Position numbers and translations under genes: made by a program. Shown here one piece after another: positions 12,100 through 25,859 of a stretch of DNA of 64,000 bases (the stretch's first letter is position 1; each line of letters begins with the position of its first letter). Origin of the DNA: Eledone cirrhosa (Eukaryota); assembly GCA_964016885.1 (NCBI GenBank), contig OZ024740.1, positions 106,206,001-106,270,000 of the forward strand, read 5' to 3'. Below the pieces are notes generated by a model, which saw nothing but the letters and a program-made list of their open reading frames with translations, did no database searches and had not been told where the DNA came from.

Positions 12100-15000
12100 A
12101 TAAGGAAACATTAAGCTGTCCACAAATGCACATGGTTTCCTATTCAGACCACAAATTAGTCACCTGTGTAGTCAACCTTGATAGAACACATAGACAGGGA
12201 CCCAGATACTGGAAGCTAAACATGTCGCTTCCGGCGCGTAAGGCCTACAGTAAACGGATTAGCACCTTAGTTAAGTGCCAGTTGACGGGGGCGATCGTCA
12301 ACAGCAGGTGGTGAAGCTCTCTCAAGAGAGCAATTAGAATCGATAGCATTTAGCAAGGAAGTAGCTTTAGAAAAAAGCAAAACCGAAAAGGAACTGGTAG
12401 CTAAAGTAGAAGAGGTTCTTAGGAATGGCAGTACAGCTGACGTGCTAGCGGCGAGAACGTTGTATTGTCAGAAGTAGAACACGTGCTCTAAGAAACGAGG
12501 GAGCCAAAGCTGTTAGCTGGGCCCGGGTGGCAGTGGCGAAAAGTGGCAACAAATCCACAATTCGGTCCTTGCAAGACAAAGATGGACGTATTGTACTTGA
12601 ATCCAAGCAGATGTGCATGGCCTTCCAGCAGCATTTTGCACAACTGTTCGGTCAAAGCGGTACGTCAAGGAAGGTGATGAACTTCAGCTCCTACCTCGAC
12701 GGCGTACCGCGACTCTCGAACACGGATGCGGAGAGCTGCGAAGGGCCGATCACAGCAGACGAAATAGAAGATGCCCTAGGCCGCTGTGGGAAACGCAAAT
12801 CACCCGGTTTAGATGGTCTACCCTATGAGTTTTACATAGGCATGCCAGACTTGTTCTCTGGCGTCCTCGAAGCGGTCTACTGCAACTGGGAGCAGAACGG
12901 GAGGATTCCAAGTTCTGTAGGCAGAGGCGTAGTAACGCTGATCAGGAAAGATGAGAACAAGGGCGATGAGATAAGCAATTTCAGGCCCATAACTCAACAC
13001 AGAGTTAAAGATTTTGGCCAAGGTGTTAGCCGCGAGGTTGGCGCTTGACGTCGAGAATCTGGTAGGGGAAGCGCAAATGTGTGCAACCCGACCAGGTCCA
13101 TACACGACAACCTCCACCTCATGCGATACATCATACAGAGGGTAGGGTGTAAACCTGCTTCGGTGAGGCTCTGATCAATTTAGATAAGTCTAAGACATTT
13201 GATAGGGTCGACCATCAATACTTGGAAGCGGTTCTCAAGGCGGCCGGCTTCGGTCCCGTCTTTAGAGGCTGGATCGCTGCCATGCGCACCAGCATCTGCT
13301 CGGCAGTCAAGGTGAATGGCTACCTATCGGAGCCATTCCAAATCATGCGTTCCATCCGTCAGGGGTGCCCTCTCTCCTACATTCTGTATGTACTGAATCT
13401 TGAGCCATTACTGCGGAAGTTGGAGCTGTTGCCGAGCATCCCCATCGAACCAGGACTGCGGAAAGCAGCATCAGCCTATGCCGACGGCATAACCGTAATG
13501 GTGTCGAAAACCTTGGACATCAGGGTAATCGGCAACCTATTACAGGAATACGAAACGTTGACAGGAGCAAGACTAAACCCAAACAAGTCTGTCGATTTGC
13601 AACTCGGCACATGGAGAGGCAAACCCATGCCTTCCGATAGTTTCGTTCGACGCTGGACGAAAGGACCGGTGAAATTGTTCGGGGTCTAGTTTGGTCCAGA
13701 CCTCCAGGTGGACAAGAACTGGAACGAGGTCACAGCGAAGGTGTTTGCACTCACCCAGAAGTGCGCTGAGTGCAAACTCTCCTTGAAAGGTTGAGCGGAG
13801 GTGGCGAACACTTACATAGCGTCCCTCATCTACTACCGCTTGACAGTCGTGCCTTGTCCCCGCGAATACCTCACCAAAATGGAACGCCTACTCTTCAAGA
13901 CCCTCTGGAAGAAACAGGCTCCATTGGTGAGGAGATACATCTGCTGTCAACACCCTTCTAACGGAGGGCTGGGCATGCCGTGGCTGATGATGCGCAAACA
14001 CGCGCTGAGGCTACTCCATCTCCAGGTATTCCTGACCGGCGAACCGGTGTGGCTGTCGTTTGTGAGATCAGCTCTTCCACAACTCATCTCACTAACAGAG
14101 CTGCAGTCCTGGGTCAAGAGAAGACCGAAAATAGGCGCCTGGCACCTCGAGTGCATTCAAGCGCTCACAACCCTCTACCAAGCGGAAACGGCAATCAGCG
14201 GAGACTCCACTTCGACATTCTATAGGGGATTAGTGGAGGATAAGTGCGACGACGTTCTCAGGTAAACTCTAGGCAACGAGGAAGACGAACTGACCAGTCT
14301 GTTCGGGAGGACTTTCTGTCCAGGGCCTATGGATAACTTCCAGAGGTCTCTGGCCTGGCAGTGCTACCGAGGAGCTCTACCAGTTCGAGACAAAATCTAC
14401 AGGCACGGACGCCCTGGCAGAGATCCTGCCAAAAGGACCTGTCCAAGATGAGAGCAGGACATCGAAACCGTTCTGCACGCAATTGTTCAGTGCCCAGGAG
14501 TGACCTACCTGTGGAATTATGTCGAACAGCTACTGTCATGTGTAGGACGCATCCAGTTGTCAGCCGAGTCTATCGTGAGGATCACTCCGCCGCCCTCATT
14601 TAAGAATGAAGGAGAGGCGGTCTTCCTCTGTCTGGTGGCTATGGCGAAAGAGGTAATATGGTGGACGAGGTTAAAAGGACTGAGGGCAAGCACCTTTCTC
14701 TCCGGACAACAACTCATCCCCTTCTTTAAGTACCACTTCAGAAGGAAGGTGAGAGTGGAGAGAGAGGTGCTACACCCCAGTAAATTCGTTGTACGGTGGG
14801 TGAATGTGGCGAAAATGGCCCGGGTGAATGGGCCTTCTCTGTATATAAACCTGTAGGTTGAGGAAGATAAACAGAGGGAAGACGGGAACACCTACAAAAC
14901 ATGTTCCTGGTGTTGAGGGTTGTTCTATCCACGGGGTGTAAAACAAACTCGCAGTAGCGTTACCCCGCCCCCCTAATGAAGATTTCAATTCTTTTATTTT

Positions 15001-15104
15001 TATATAGTATAATTGTTATTTATCTTTGTTAAAGATTTTATGTAAAAACCCCGCCGTCTTGTAATGTCCCATTTTTGTAAGACCCTGTGGCAAATAAAGA
15101 AAGA
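12100..15104 (+). mobile_element. Tx1/L1-like LINE, 5'-truncated, degraded ORF2
   Basis: end of APE domain (YSDHKLV..GPRYWKLN), KSPGLDGLPYEFY, RQGCPLS, AYADGIT, C-terminal Cys/His region, AATAAA at the 3' end. Confidence 0.92.
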
Positions 15105-15599
15105 TATCTTAGTAACCTCACACGCCATATACGTACATTGATGATAAGGTCAATTCAAGAAAAACAAATGCAGGCACCGCTTTCGGAACACTTAGCCTCA
15201 AAGCTTAGGATAGTAGATGTATCAACATCACTAATAAGTTAGATGCCTACTGATCAGTTGTACTCTCGATACTCCTTTATGTTAGCAAGATATAGACTGC
15301 GTGCAACAGACGTGCCAAACAGCTGAATCACTTTCATGCCACTTATCTTATTATTATTATTTGCCCACTTCTTGCTGGTTGGATCCAAGGGGCCGAGTCC
15401 TCTAGCACACATTCCAGCGAATCCTCTCAAAAGCAACCTTTTCCAATTGATCTTGCTGGATCCTCAAGCGAGACCAGCCAAGCTCATGGATCTTATCCAA
15501 CTATATTGCTCCGGGTCTGCGCATAGGTCTCCTGTCGGCTGTTTTTTCCCGTAAAATCTGCTCACCGATTCTTTACTGAGACATCCTTAAGAAGTGCTA

Positions 15600-15995
15600 C
15601 TCCAGAGAGCAAAATGTTATTCAATACAAACTCTGCTAGAAAAGAGCCAAATTTGCTGGGGTGGCATATACGAAAACAACATTTCCGCGGTAAAGCTAGC
15701 TGGAAGCCATAAATAGTGCTACAAGGATAGCCTGAAAGCCATGAGCATCGCCACAAAATCCTGGAAACATGTTGCAGAGAACAGGCTGCTATTGCGCTCT
15801 CACATTCATTCACAAATTCACAAAATCTTCGCAAGAGAGCGGAAACCACACCTGAAATACGCAAAGACCTTTCAACTGGCACTTCAATTGAATACATATA
15901 CCTTACAATCGCTTATTATTTCCGTCCCAGAATCGGACTCAATAGGCATCTACGGGCACATATAACCGAAGGGATCAAATAGCTAAAGTTCCGGT
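15600..15995 (+). mobile_element. RTE-like LINE 3' remnant
   Basis: degenerate similarity to an RTE C-terminus (SWKHVAENR..., GIYGH). Confidence 0.45.
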
Positions 15996-16075
15996 CTTCA
16001 TCGACTACAGATTGACGAATATGTATATATATATATGCGTGTGTGGGTGTATGTGTGTGTGTGTGTGTGTATATA

Positions 16076-16141
<66 letters not shown>

Positions 16142-16146
<5 letters not shown>

Positions 16147-16324
16147 GTGGTTACACAACAGTTAGTTCACCATACCGAGAACAATTGTTTTACCTTAGCG
16201 GATCCTCAGCTCGGAATGGGCATGGTTATGGTGAACTAACTGTTATGTAACCACTTCTACGTTACTCGTCCCATGCATGGACTGAGTGCTCTACCACTAC
16301 GGATATTACCTTCCAGTGTCCCAC

Positions 16325-16330
<6 letters not shown>
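16142..16330. mobile_element. HHR-bearing family B insert with inverted arm
   Basis: 16142-16174 inverted at ~16226-16259; related copy at 18797-18927; in (TA)n. Confidence 0.75.
16175..16214 (-). ncRNA. type I hammerhead ribozyme with one core substitution
   Basis: ccgag CTGAGGA t-cc-gctaa-gg-t AAAA caattg TT ctcgg; the sister copy near 18804 keeps GAAA caattg TT ctcg. Confidence 0.7.
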
Positions 16331-16388
<58 letters not shown>

Positions 16389-16615
16389 GTAAGTATGCAT
16401 GTATACGTACATACATATATGTATACAGACGTACAGTAGCATGCACATATATATATATATATACATATGCATACAGGTACACATACATATATGCACGTAT
16501 CAGTTTAGCGGCGCTAACGTCGCTTTGTTCGTTTGTAAACAAACTGAACAGCCTGAATTTATGCCATACGGTGTTAAGGCAACCACGTCACCTTTTTGTT
16601 CAACACTGACACAGG

Positions 16616-16660
16616 AACGATGTACTAGTTTCAAGCTTGTTAGCTATCATCAGCACCGTT
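16616..16660 (-). ncRNA. type I hammerhead ribozyme
   Basis: aacggtg CTGATGA t-agct-aaca-agct-t GAAA ctag TA catcgtt; 7-bp stem I. Confidence 0.9.
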
Positions 16661-16733
16661 TACCCATCTGCCAGATAGTTGAACGTTCGAAAGTATATAC
16701 TTTCCTTATGAAAATTAACGGCTGAGCAGCCTA

Positions 16734-16741
16734 ATTTGCAT
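16734..16741 (-). promoter_or_regulatory. octamer motif ATGCAAAT (candidate snRNA-type distal element)
   Basis: 81 nt upstream of the HHR core on the same strand; function inferred. Confidence 0.4.
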
Positions 16742-17222
16742 ATTGAGTGAGTTAAATCGGTCAGGCATACCGAAAACGATAAATTGAAACAAAATGAAAA
16801 CGAAATTTCATTTCTCACTCTTAGTATGGCACTTACTTAAATGTAAGTATGCATGTATACGTACATACATATATGTATACAGACGTACAGTAGCATGCAC
16901 TGATGATAGCTAACAAGCTTGAAACTAGTACATCGTTCCTGTGTCAGTGTTGAACAAAAAGGTGACGTGGTTGCCTTAACACCGTATGGCATAAATTCAG
17001 GCTGTTCAGTTTGTTTACAAACGAACAAAGCGACGTTAGCGCCGCTAAACTGATACGTGCATATATGTATGTGTACCTGTATGCATATGTATATATATAT
17101 GTATATATATATATATATGTGCATGCTACTGTACGTCTGTATACATATATGTATGTACGTATACATGCATACTTACATTTAAGTAAGTGCCATACTAAGA
17201 GTGAGAAATGAAATTTCATAAA

Positions 17223-17325
<103 letters not shown>

Positions 17326-17645
17326 ATATAATCGAAATAGGATTTAGCTTCAAGCATAGCTTTATACAGATATGTATAGAAATTTCGTATGTCTAAAGAA
17401 ACACGGTACCAATGAATAGCCATTGTTAGCTTAAATGAACCTTAAAAATCAGAAGTGCCTCCCAAAGTGTGAACCTGTCTACAGACACTTAGCTTGAATT
17501 CTTTCTGCCTTTATTACTCTAAATAGAGTTTTTAAAGAATTTTCTTTTCTTTAAATCCATCAACCAATGACCCCCACCCATTCCAATCACCACCCTTTCC
17601 TACCACCAGAAAAGGTATATATACCACCATATTACTTGGACAGTC

Positions 17646-17697
17646 GGCTTCCTGATGAATTTTTCTCGAATTAAAAAGAGTTAGTCTTGTAGAAGCC
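17646..17697 (+). ncRNA. degenerate hammerhead ribozyme
   Basis: ggcttc CTGATGA ... TA gaagcc; 6-bp stem I, GAAA box corrupted. Confidence 0.55.
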
Positions 17698-18050
17698 ATC
17701 TCTATATTAAAATAAATATATATATATATATAAGTATGTGTATTTTGTATGTCTAATTATATAGAGTGTTTTTCCGAATAAACATTTGGCTATGGATTTT
17801 GGAAGCTGATGGTGGGATCCCATCTAGCGAATTCCAGCAGCCGGTATTAAGTCGTTATTAAGATAATGTTCCCCTTTACTTCGCTTTCAGCTGGAAAACA
17901 ATATAGGCGACAACATATAATTTTGACACCTAGGTATATTGGCTGATTAGCCTAATTTGCATACAGAGCAGTAGAAAAGAAATGGAATCAAGTATGTGCA
18001 TTTTGTATATCTAATGATGTATGCATATATATATATATATATATATATAT

Positions 18051-18344
<294 letters not shown>

Positions 18345-18711
18345 TACACACACTAAACATACGGTATAATGTCAAATATACCATACATACATTCATGTAT
18401 ACAAAGCTATTTCAGAGCACCAATACTAATACCTAATTTTTGGTGGACCGGCAATCGCTCTGTGTAATCATCTCCTGATTATTACTGGAATTCTATAAGA
18501 ATCCAGCTTCTATAATTTTCGACAAAGGCAGGTGAGTGCGTGGCTTTGATAAACGCCAAGCAGCGAGAAATAGCTGTCACCCATTCTCCCAGCTTTTGCC
18601 GAAAATATAAGTAAGTGACATAGTCACTACTTTAAAACTAATAGCGAATGGTCTTCTAAATGTTTTTAATTAAACATACGGTATATTGCCAAATATACTA
18701 TACATACATTC

Positions 18712-18796
<85 letters not shown>

Positions 18797-18799
<3 letters not shown>

Positions 18800-18927
18800 A
18801 GACGGTGAAACAATTGTTCTCGATAATATGGTGAACTAACTGTTGTGGAACTATTTCTACCTAACTCATCCCATGGACTGAGTGCTCTTCTACTACGGAT
18901 ATAACCTACCACCAGTGTTCTACTATT
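18797..18927 (+). mobile_element. family B copy (5'-truncated within the HHR)
   Basis: colinear with 16142-16330. Confidence 0.7.
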
Positions 18928-19143
18928 ATATATATATATATATATGTGTGTGTATGTGTGTGCGGGCGTATGCCTGTGTGCGTGTGGGGGGGGGGGTAAT
19001 CTTAATACACCAAAGGTCTATTGATTTCCAGACTGAGGATATGTGACTGTCCGTTTTTCCATTGTTTTTCCATTGTCATTGTCCAATGCACCGCCTTGTT
19101 TTAAATTCATATTCTAAAGACTTATCCATGCGGACTGTTTTTG

Positions 19144-19223
<80 letters not shown>

Positions 19224-19757
19224 ACAGGGAGAAAAAGACGATTATTAGAAAGAAAACTTTTTTTTTCCCCCTTTTTATTTTTTTTCTCTCTGTTTTCTGG
19301 GTTAGAAAATGATTAAAACGAAATATTTTACTTTGTGTGAAGTGTTAAGGTGTTAGTCGATTTATTTATTAATTAACAATGGCATTTATTTATTTATTTA
19401 TATATTTAATAATTGTCTATTATTGGTTTCAGCATTTTTATGCATTATCAAATTATAATAATATGTATTGGTGTAGAATGGTGGTGTTGAACATGTTAAA
19501 GAAATGGTGCAGAAAGAATAATGTTATTTACAAACAAGGTTTATGAAGTGAAAAGAAAAAAGAAAAAAGAAAAAAGAAAAAAGAAAAAAGAAAAAAGAAA
19601 AAAGAAAAAAGAAAAAAGAAAAAAAGGAGCGTAATATGGAGCATAATAAGTCAATGTGAAAGAAAAAATAATGTTATTTACAGGCATAGTTCTTGAAGAT
19701 AAGCAGATCAAAATGTGTTAATATAGCAAGAGTGCTATATTAACACATATATATATA

Positions 19758-19915
19758 TAGGAAAATGTTTAACCCCGACGGCTATTTCTGGTCCAGAAAC
19801 GGCTTCAGCTCTGCCGTCGGGTTAAACATGTTCCTATTACCCACTCTACTACCCTAAATATTGAGTACTCTGGTGCGTTATGGTCCATCTGGTTCCTTAC
19901 CACACTCCCTTCGTT
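19758..19915 (+). mobile_element. family C insert with 5' inverted snap-back
   Basis: ATAGGAAAATGTTTAACCCCGACGGC is the inverse of internal GCCGTCGGGTTAAACATGTTCCTAT. Confidence 0.8.
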
Positions 19916-20853
19916 ATATATATATATATCTATATATATATATATATACATATATATATACAATACTTCCCCCTCACTTTCTATTATCACAGCCAAACAT
20001 AACAGTTGTTTTAGTGATGCAATACGAAACGAAGGTGATACTAGAGTACAAATTAATCAATATATATATATATATATACATATACTAAAAAACACAGCCT
20101 CGAGCACACTGACACCCACACACATATGCTCACACAGATACACACAAACATACACATGTATTCAGGCAGAGGCTCACACGGAAAATTTCACATATAAACA
20201 CGACTATATATAGCGTGTTTTAAAAATATATGAACAAAAGCATATTTAGACTGACTGGTCAATGACATACAATCGACAATTTCATAACGGTACCTTACTC
20301 TGGAGACTTCACGCATTTCCAAACAATCATCTCCTATCAGTAGTACCACCACCATCACCACCGCCATGACAGCACCCCATAGAGTCGTCTGCTTATAAAA
20401 ACAAGTTTGGAACGCTATCGTTACTCGTGTCTAATATTCTCTAGACCGTTTCTAGTTTATTGATTCCAAAAGTGTTGTCTGCTATATTGATTAAACTAAC
20501 AAGAGTTTAAAGAGTTTAAATAAACTTTATATATATATATATTTCACATATAAAGACTAGCCTAAGTGTCATAACGAATACATGTTTATATTGTATTTAA
20601 TAAATTGAGTGTAGAGAAAAAATCCAACAGTTCTTATGCATATATATGAGTTTCACCCCCCCCCCTCTCTCTCTCTCTTTCTCTCCACACACACATATAT
20701 ATATGTGTGTGTATATATATACACATAAAAATGTGTAATTGTAACTTTATATGCACATTTACCTATATTCTGTAAATATATAGATATGCCCTATTATATA
20801 TATATATTTGTAATATATATACCTACATACATACTACATGCACACACGCACAC

Positions 20854-20890
<37 letters not shown>

Positions 20891-21251
20891 TACACAGACA
20901 ATATACGATATACAATTTATATGTTTATCGGTATGTAGGACCACTGATACAAATTTTTAATATAAGCCGGGTCGGTACTGCTCCGTATGCAAATGAGTTT
21001 CATCAGCTCATAAACATAAACAGCATCCTATAAGAAGGTAGCTTACATTAACTTCAGAAAAGGCAGGGAGATATGTGACCTCGATAACCACAAACAAGTG
21101 AGAAACGATTGAATCGTCTATTACTTCCCCCTGCATTTCCTGAAGCTGTGTAAGTGACGTTTGTCACAACCTTAAAATTCATAGCGAAAGGCCTTCAAAT
21201 GTTTTTCATAAACATCCTGTATATTATCCAATGTACAATATGTACATATAT

Positions 21252-21340
<89 letters not shown>

Positions 21341-22076
21341 AAGGTTATATTTATATATTTACAGTATATAGATAAATGTGCATATAAAGTTACAATTACA
21401 CATTTTTAGAATATAAGTATATAAACATTAAATGCACGTATTTCCTTGTAAATTGAAAAATCGATGAAAAATACCAAACTAGCTTTAGTTGATTTTCAAA
21501 TTTAATTAGGATTTCATCAGAAGATTAGGTCGTCAAGCATGGAATTTGTAGACATTTCTGGAAAAACAACAAATTTCATACTTGACGACCCAATATATCG
21601 CTAACATCACAAATTTAATTTTTCGATGCACAAATGATTCCTTTTGATAGATGTTTGGCATGCTTTATATTAATATGATACGTTCTCGATGAAGTCACTA
21701 TTGATTTCGCATTGAGAGTCGTCACACTTATTGATCTTTGATGTTGTATTTTTGGTGGGAATTATGGTTCTTATAATTTATTTTTTAATGACTTCGCTTG
21801 ACTTATTTTTGTAATATCTTGTGTTTCGGATGAATTCTTCACTCTTGCACTTTTCTTAAAACTGGAATATTCTGATAGATGATATTGTATATTTTTTCGT
21901 TCCCTGGGGTTTTTACAGATATTCAAATTAAAGTTTTATAAGTATCAAGGGGCTATTTTTATTTTTTTTTTTTGTAATTCCTGAATGTTGGGTATTCAGC
22001 CAAGGATGCTTGACTTCAAGTGAACAAAAACATATGACATGATTGAGTAAGTAACCTTTATCCTCCTGACTGACAG

Positions 22077-22170
<94 letters not shown>

Positions 22171-22308
22171 AGTATATGTTGGTTGTATACCAACACCTCA
22201 GTACGCAGATTGGAGCACTCAACGAAGTGCGCAGGTTGGTTTGGTTACTCCGGAGTAATGTAAAATAAAATAAATAAGTCAAATGTTTAAAATTTGGCTT
22301 CGTTTATT

Positions 22309-22363
22309 ACTGCTATATATATTTCGGTGACAGCCATCTTTGGCTGTGACCTCTTCAGGCAGT
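22309..22363 (-). ncRNA. type I hammerhead ribozyme
   Basis: actgc CTGAAGA ggtcacagcc-aaagat-ggctgtcacc GAAA tatata TA gcagt. Confidence 0.9.
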
Positions 22364-22799
22364 CCGAATTAGTGTGGTAGAGACGAGTACACATGTTGTT
22401 GAGGTGTATAACTTGTCAATACTCTAATATGCCCAGTTCCTGGTTGGGTTGTTATTTCACTGAGGAACTGGAATCATATGAATTCAAACAAACGAATTTC
22501 AGCGTCAAAGGGCCTCTTCTCCTCTCATTGGTCAGTTGTTAGAACATTCCTCAGTCAAAACTCTATAGAAATTCGTTCTGAGGCAAGCCAATCTGTAGTT
22601 GTTGTTCTTGTTATTGTTATGTACATCTGACCTCTATTCTTGTGTTGGTAGTGGTGTTATTGTTGGAGTCAGCTAAAAAAAAAGTGTGATAAAGTGGTAG
22701 AAGGAATAAGATGGTAAAGGCACAAAATAAAATAAAATAATCGAATAAAATGTGCGTGTGTGTTATACCCATCTCAATGTTATAAAGATTTGTCTGCCA

Positions 22800-23494
22800 T
22801 GTATATGAAGCTCTCGTATTCCACCACGAGAAATCTGGCCCAACACATAGCTAGCATCAACAGGAGTAGGCTTAAAAACCACACACAACCAGAAGATGGC
22901 AATACAAGCACTCAACAAAACCTTGTGAAAGGAGGGAAGGGGGGACCCAGTGCCACCCAAGAAACACAAACAGACCCGGGCCCCCCCCCCCCCACTGCGC
23001 CTGGGGGAAGACCATCATATAACACCTAACGGGAACCCCAATCTAGGCATGCAGAGGTCGACCACCCTCTGCAACTGCAGAAACCCCGAATCATGCCCCC
23101 TTGGTAATGAATGCTTTAAGAAGAACCTAGTATACGGTTGTAGGGTTAAAACCCCCAACTCCGAACACCTCTACATAGGAGCCACATCAACGAGCTTTAA
23201 AGACCGCTGGTATAACCATCGCATTCCTTCAATAAGGAGGCCAAAAGGAAAAGTATGGCTCTCTCCGACCTGATCTGGAAGCTTAAGCTGGACAGGACCC
23301 TGTACTCTCTGGCCTGGTCCATAATCAGGAAAGTACCACCCGATAAAGGGGGATCTTGCATATGCAAACTATGTCTGAACGATACCCTCGAGATAATAAG
23401 AAGTGGAAGGGGCCTGATAAACCTCAGAACCGACTTCTTCAGGACATGCAGACACCTCAGGGCCGGGACCTTTCTCAAAATATATGGACAGTAG
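22800..23494 (+). pseudogene. PLE linker plus GIY-YIG endonuclease (frameshifted)
   Basis: KLSYS...; CNCRNPESCPLGNECFKKNLVY; YIGATSTSFKDRWYNH; LSDLIWKLK; CKLCL. Confidence 0.88.
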
Positions 23495-24834
23495 CAACAC
23501 AATAAGATGTGAACTCCCCACAAGCTATAGGGACTTCTCCAGAACATGTAGACACCTCCCGGCCAAACCTCCCTCAAGCTATATGGGCAGTAACAACACC
23601 ATAGGTTGGGAACTCCCCTCAAGCCACAGGGACCAACCCAGGCTGAGCAGACACCATGATAGCCTAGAGATTGATTCTGACACAGCCTTTATAATTTGGC
23701 GAACATCTTTATAACACACACACATTTTAATTTACCTGATTTTTCATTTTTCAATTTTGATTTCTCATTATTCATTTGTTATTTGTTTTCTGTTTTCTTC
23801 ACTTTATCACCTTATATTTATATTTAAGTTGAGACTGGTTATAATACACACACATTTTATTTGATTATCCTATTTCGTTTTATTCTTTTACCATCTTGTT
23901 CCTCCTACCAATCTATCCAACATATTTCTGACCTTGAGATTGGTTATCGCACACACACATTTTATCTTATTTTATTAGAATCTTCATTTTATTATTCACT
24001 TTTCATTTTCATTTTTCATTTTCCATATTCACTTTTCATTACTTTTTCATTACCTTTTCATTAATGTTTCATTTATTCTCTATCTATTATTTATTTTCTG
24101 TTTACTTCATTTTATTGCCTTCTATTTCTTCATATACATAGCAGACCCACCCCCTCGACCACCACCATGGGAGATGGTGGCCGGAGGGGTGAAGAAACAC
24201 ACACACGGGTACTTCTAAATTGTCAGCAGCATCAAGACATAAGCTGACCACAACACCAACAACACTACCAAAATAAAGGTAGAGGTCTGATGTACTTAAC
24301 AATAGCAAACACAAACACTACAGGGAGCCTCACCCCAGAAAGAATTTTTATAGACTTTGGACTGAGGAATGCTCTCAAAACTGACCAATGGGAAGTTTGA
24401 CCTTACAAATCTTTATAACATTGAGATGGGTATAACACACACGCACATTTTATTCGATTATTTTATTTTATTTTGTGCCTTTACCATCTTATTCCTTCTA
24501 CCACTTTATCACACTTTTTTTTAGCTGACTCCAACAATAACACCACTACCAACAGAAGAATAGAGGTCAGATGTACATAAGAATAACAAGAACAACAACT
24601 ACAGATTGGCTTGCCTCAGAACGAATTTCTATAGACTTTTGACTGAGGAATGTTCTAACAACTGACCAATGAGAGGAGAAGAGGCCCTTTGACGCTGAAA
24701 TTCGTTTGTTTGAATTCATATGATTCCAGTTCCTCAGTGAAATAACAACCCAACCAGGAACTGGGCATATTAGAGTATTGACAAAGTTAAACACCTCAAC
24801 AACATGTGTACTCGTCTCTACCACACTAATTCGG

Positions 24835-24889
24835 ACTGCCTGAAGAGGTCACAGGCAAAGATGGCTGTCACCGAAATATATATAGCAGT
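24835..24889 (+). ncRNA. type I hammerhead ribozyme in the 3' pseudo-LTR
   Basis: actgc CTGAAGA ggtcacaggc-aaagat-ggctgtcacc GAAA tatata TA gcagt. Confidence 0.9.
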
Positions 24890-24935
24890 AATAAACGAAG
24901 CCAAATTTTAAACGTTTGACTTATTTATTTTATTT

Positions 24936-24985
<50 letters not shown>

Positions 24986-25859
24986 CGAGATACAATTAGG
25001 TTTGTGCAGCAAATTACTCAATAGGGTGTATCAACCTAGAGTAATTAACATACGTTAGATAGTGTGACAAATTGTAAACTGCGGCAGGTGGGCCTCGTCA
25101 CATAATACACCAAAACAACGAAAATACATTCAGGTTAAATATTATATGTGTGTGTGTGTGTGTGGTAGGACGACTTATTTTAGTTGGTAAGACTTATACT
25201 CCTCTAAATTGAGATTTTGGCATACTTTTAATGTTATATATATATGCGTGTGTGTATGTGTGTGTGTGTGTGTGTATGTGTATATATATATATATGGGTG
25301 TGTATACGTATATAAATTATATAGATAGAAGATAGATATGTATTACAACTACGATGTTTGTATACAGAGAAAGTGTATGGATTTGTGTATGTATTTGTGT
25401 GTGAGAGAGTGTGTGTGTGTGGGGGGGGGGGTTATGTGTTTATGTGTTTGTGTGTAAAGCAGAGAAATTTATATGTAAACGAATAACATAAAAGAAAGAT
25501 GATGAAGATGGACGTCAATGATGGATAAATAGAAAACATGAATGAAGAGGAAAACAGATATCTACGACGTACTTATGAATTTAATGTTTCTGCCAGCATC
25601 CACTAAGAGACAAATACAATAGGTTGAACGGGTTTTATTATATTAGTAAATCATATCATGTTAATCAAATATCTTTTCGCCCAATCAACTGCAATCCTGT
25701 CTAGCTTGTATTGTATATAGTAACGTTGTAACAAATAATATTGTTGATAGGAGACGATATGTAAAATGGTCGCAGAAATATCACACACACATATACATAC
25801 ATGCATGGTGTTGGCTGCCAACTCGTTTTCGAGTACGGCCACTACTTTATATCCATGTA

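Larger units (their letters stand above)
16385..17218 (-). mobile_element. retrozyme-like family A: ~1.1 tandem units of 454 nt plus inverted arm
   Basis: AAATGTAAGTATGCAT... at 16385 repeats at 16839; 16900-17218 is an inverted near-identical copy; no ORF; (TA)n flanks. Confidence 0.85.
22168..24941 (+). mobile_element. 5'-truncated Neptune-type Penelope-like element with ~530-bp inverted pseudo-LTR
   Basis: 22261-22793 is a near-identical inverse of 24406-24941; internal GIY-YIG ORF pieces; HHR in each arm; (TA)n flanks. Confidence 0.9.

Noticed and set aside
17790-17845. HDV-like ribozyme on the plus strand
   Set aside because: A hairpin followed by GCGAA is present, but the nested P1/P2/P3 order cannot be built
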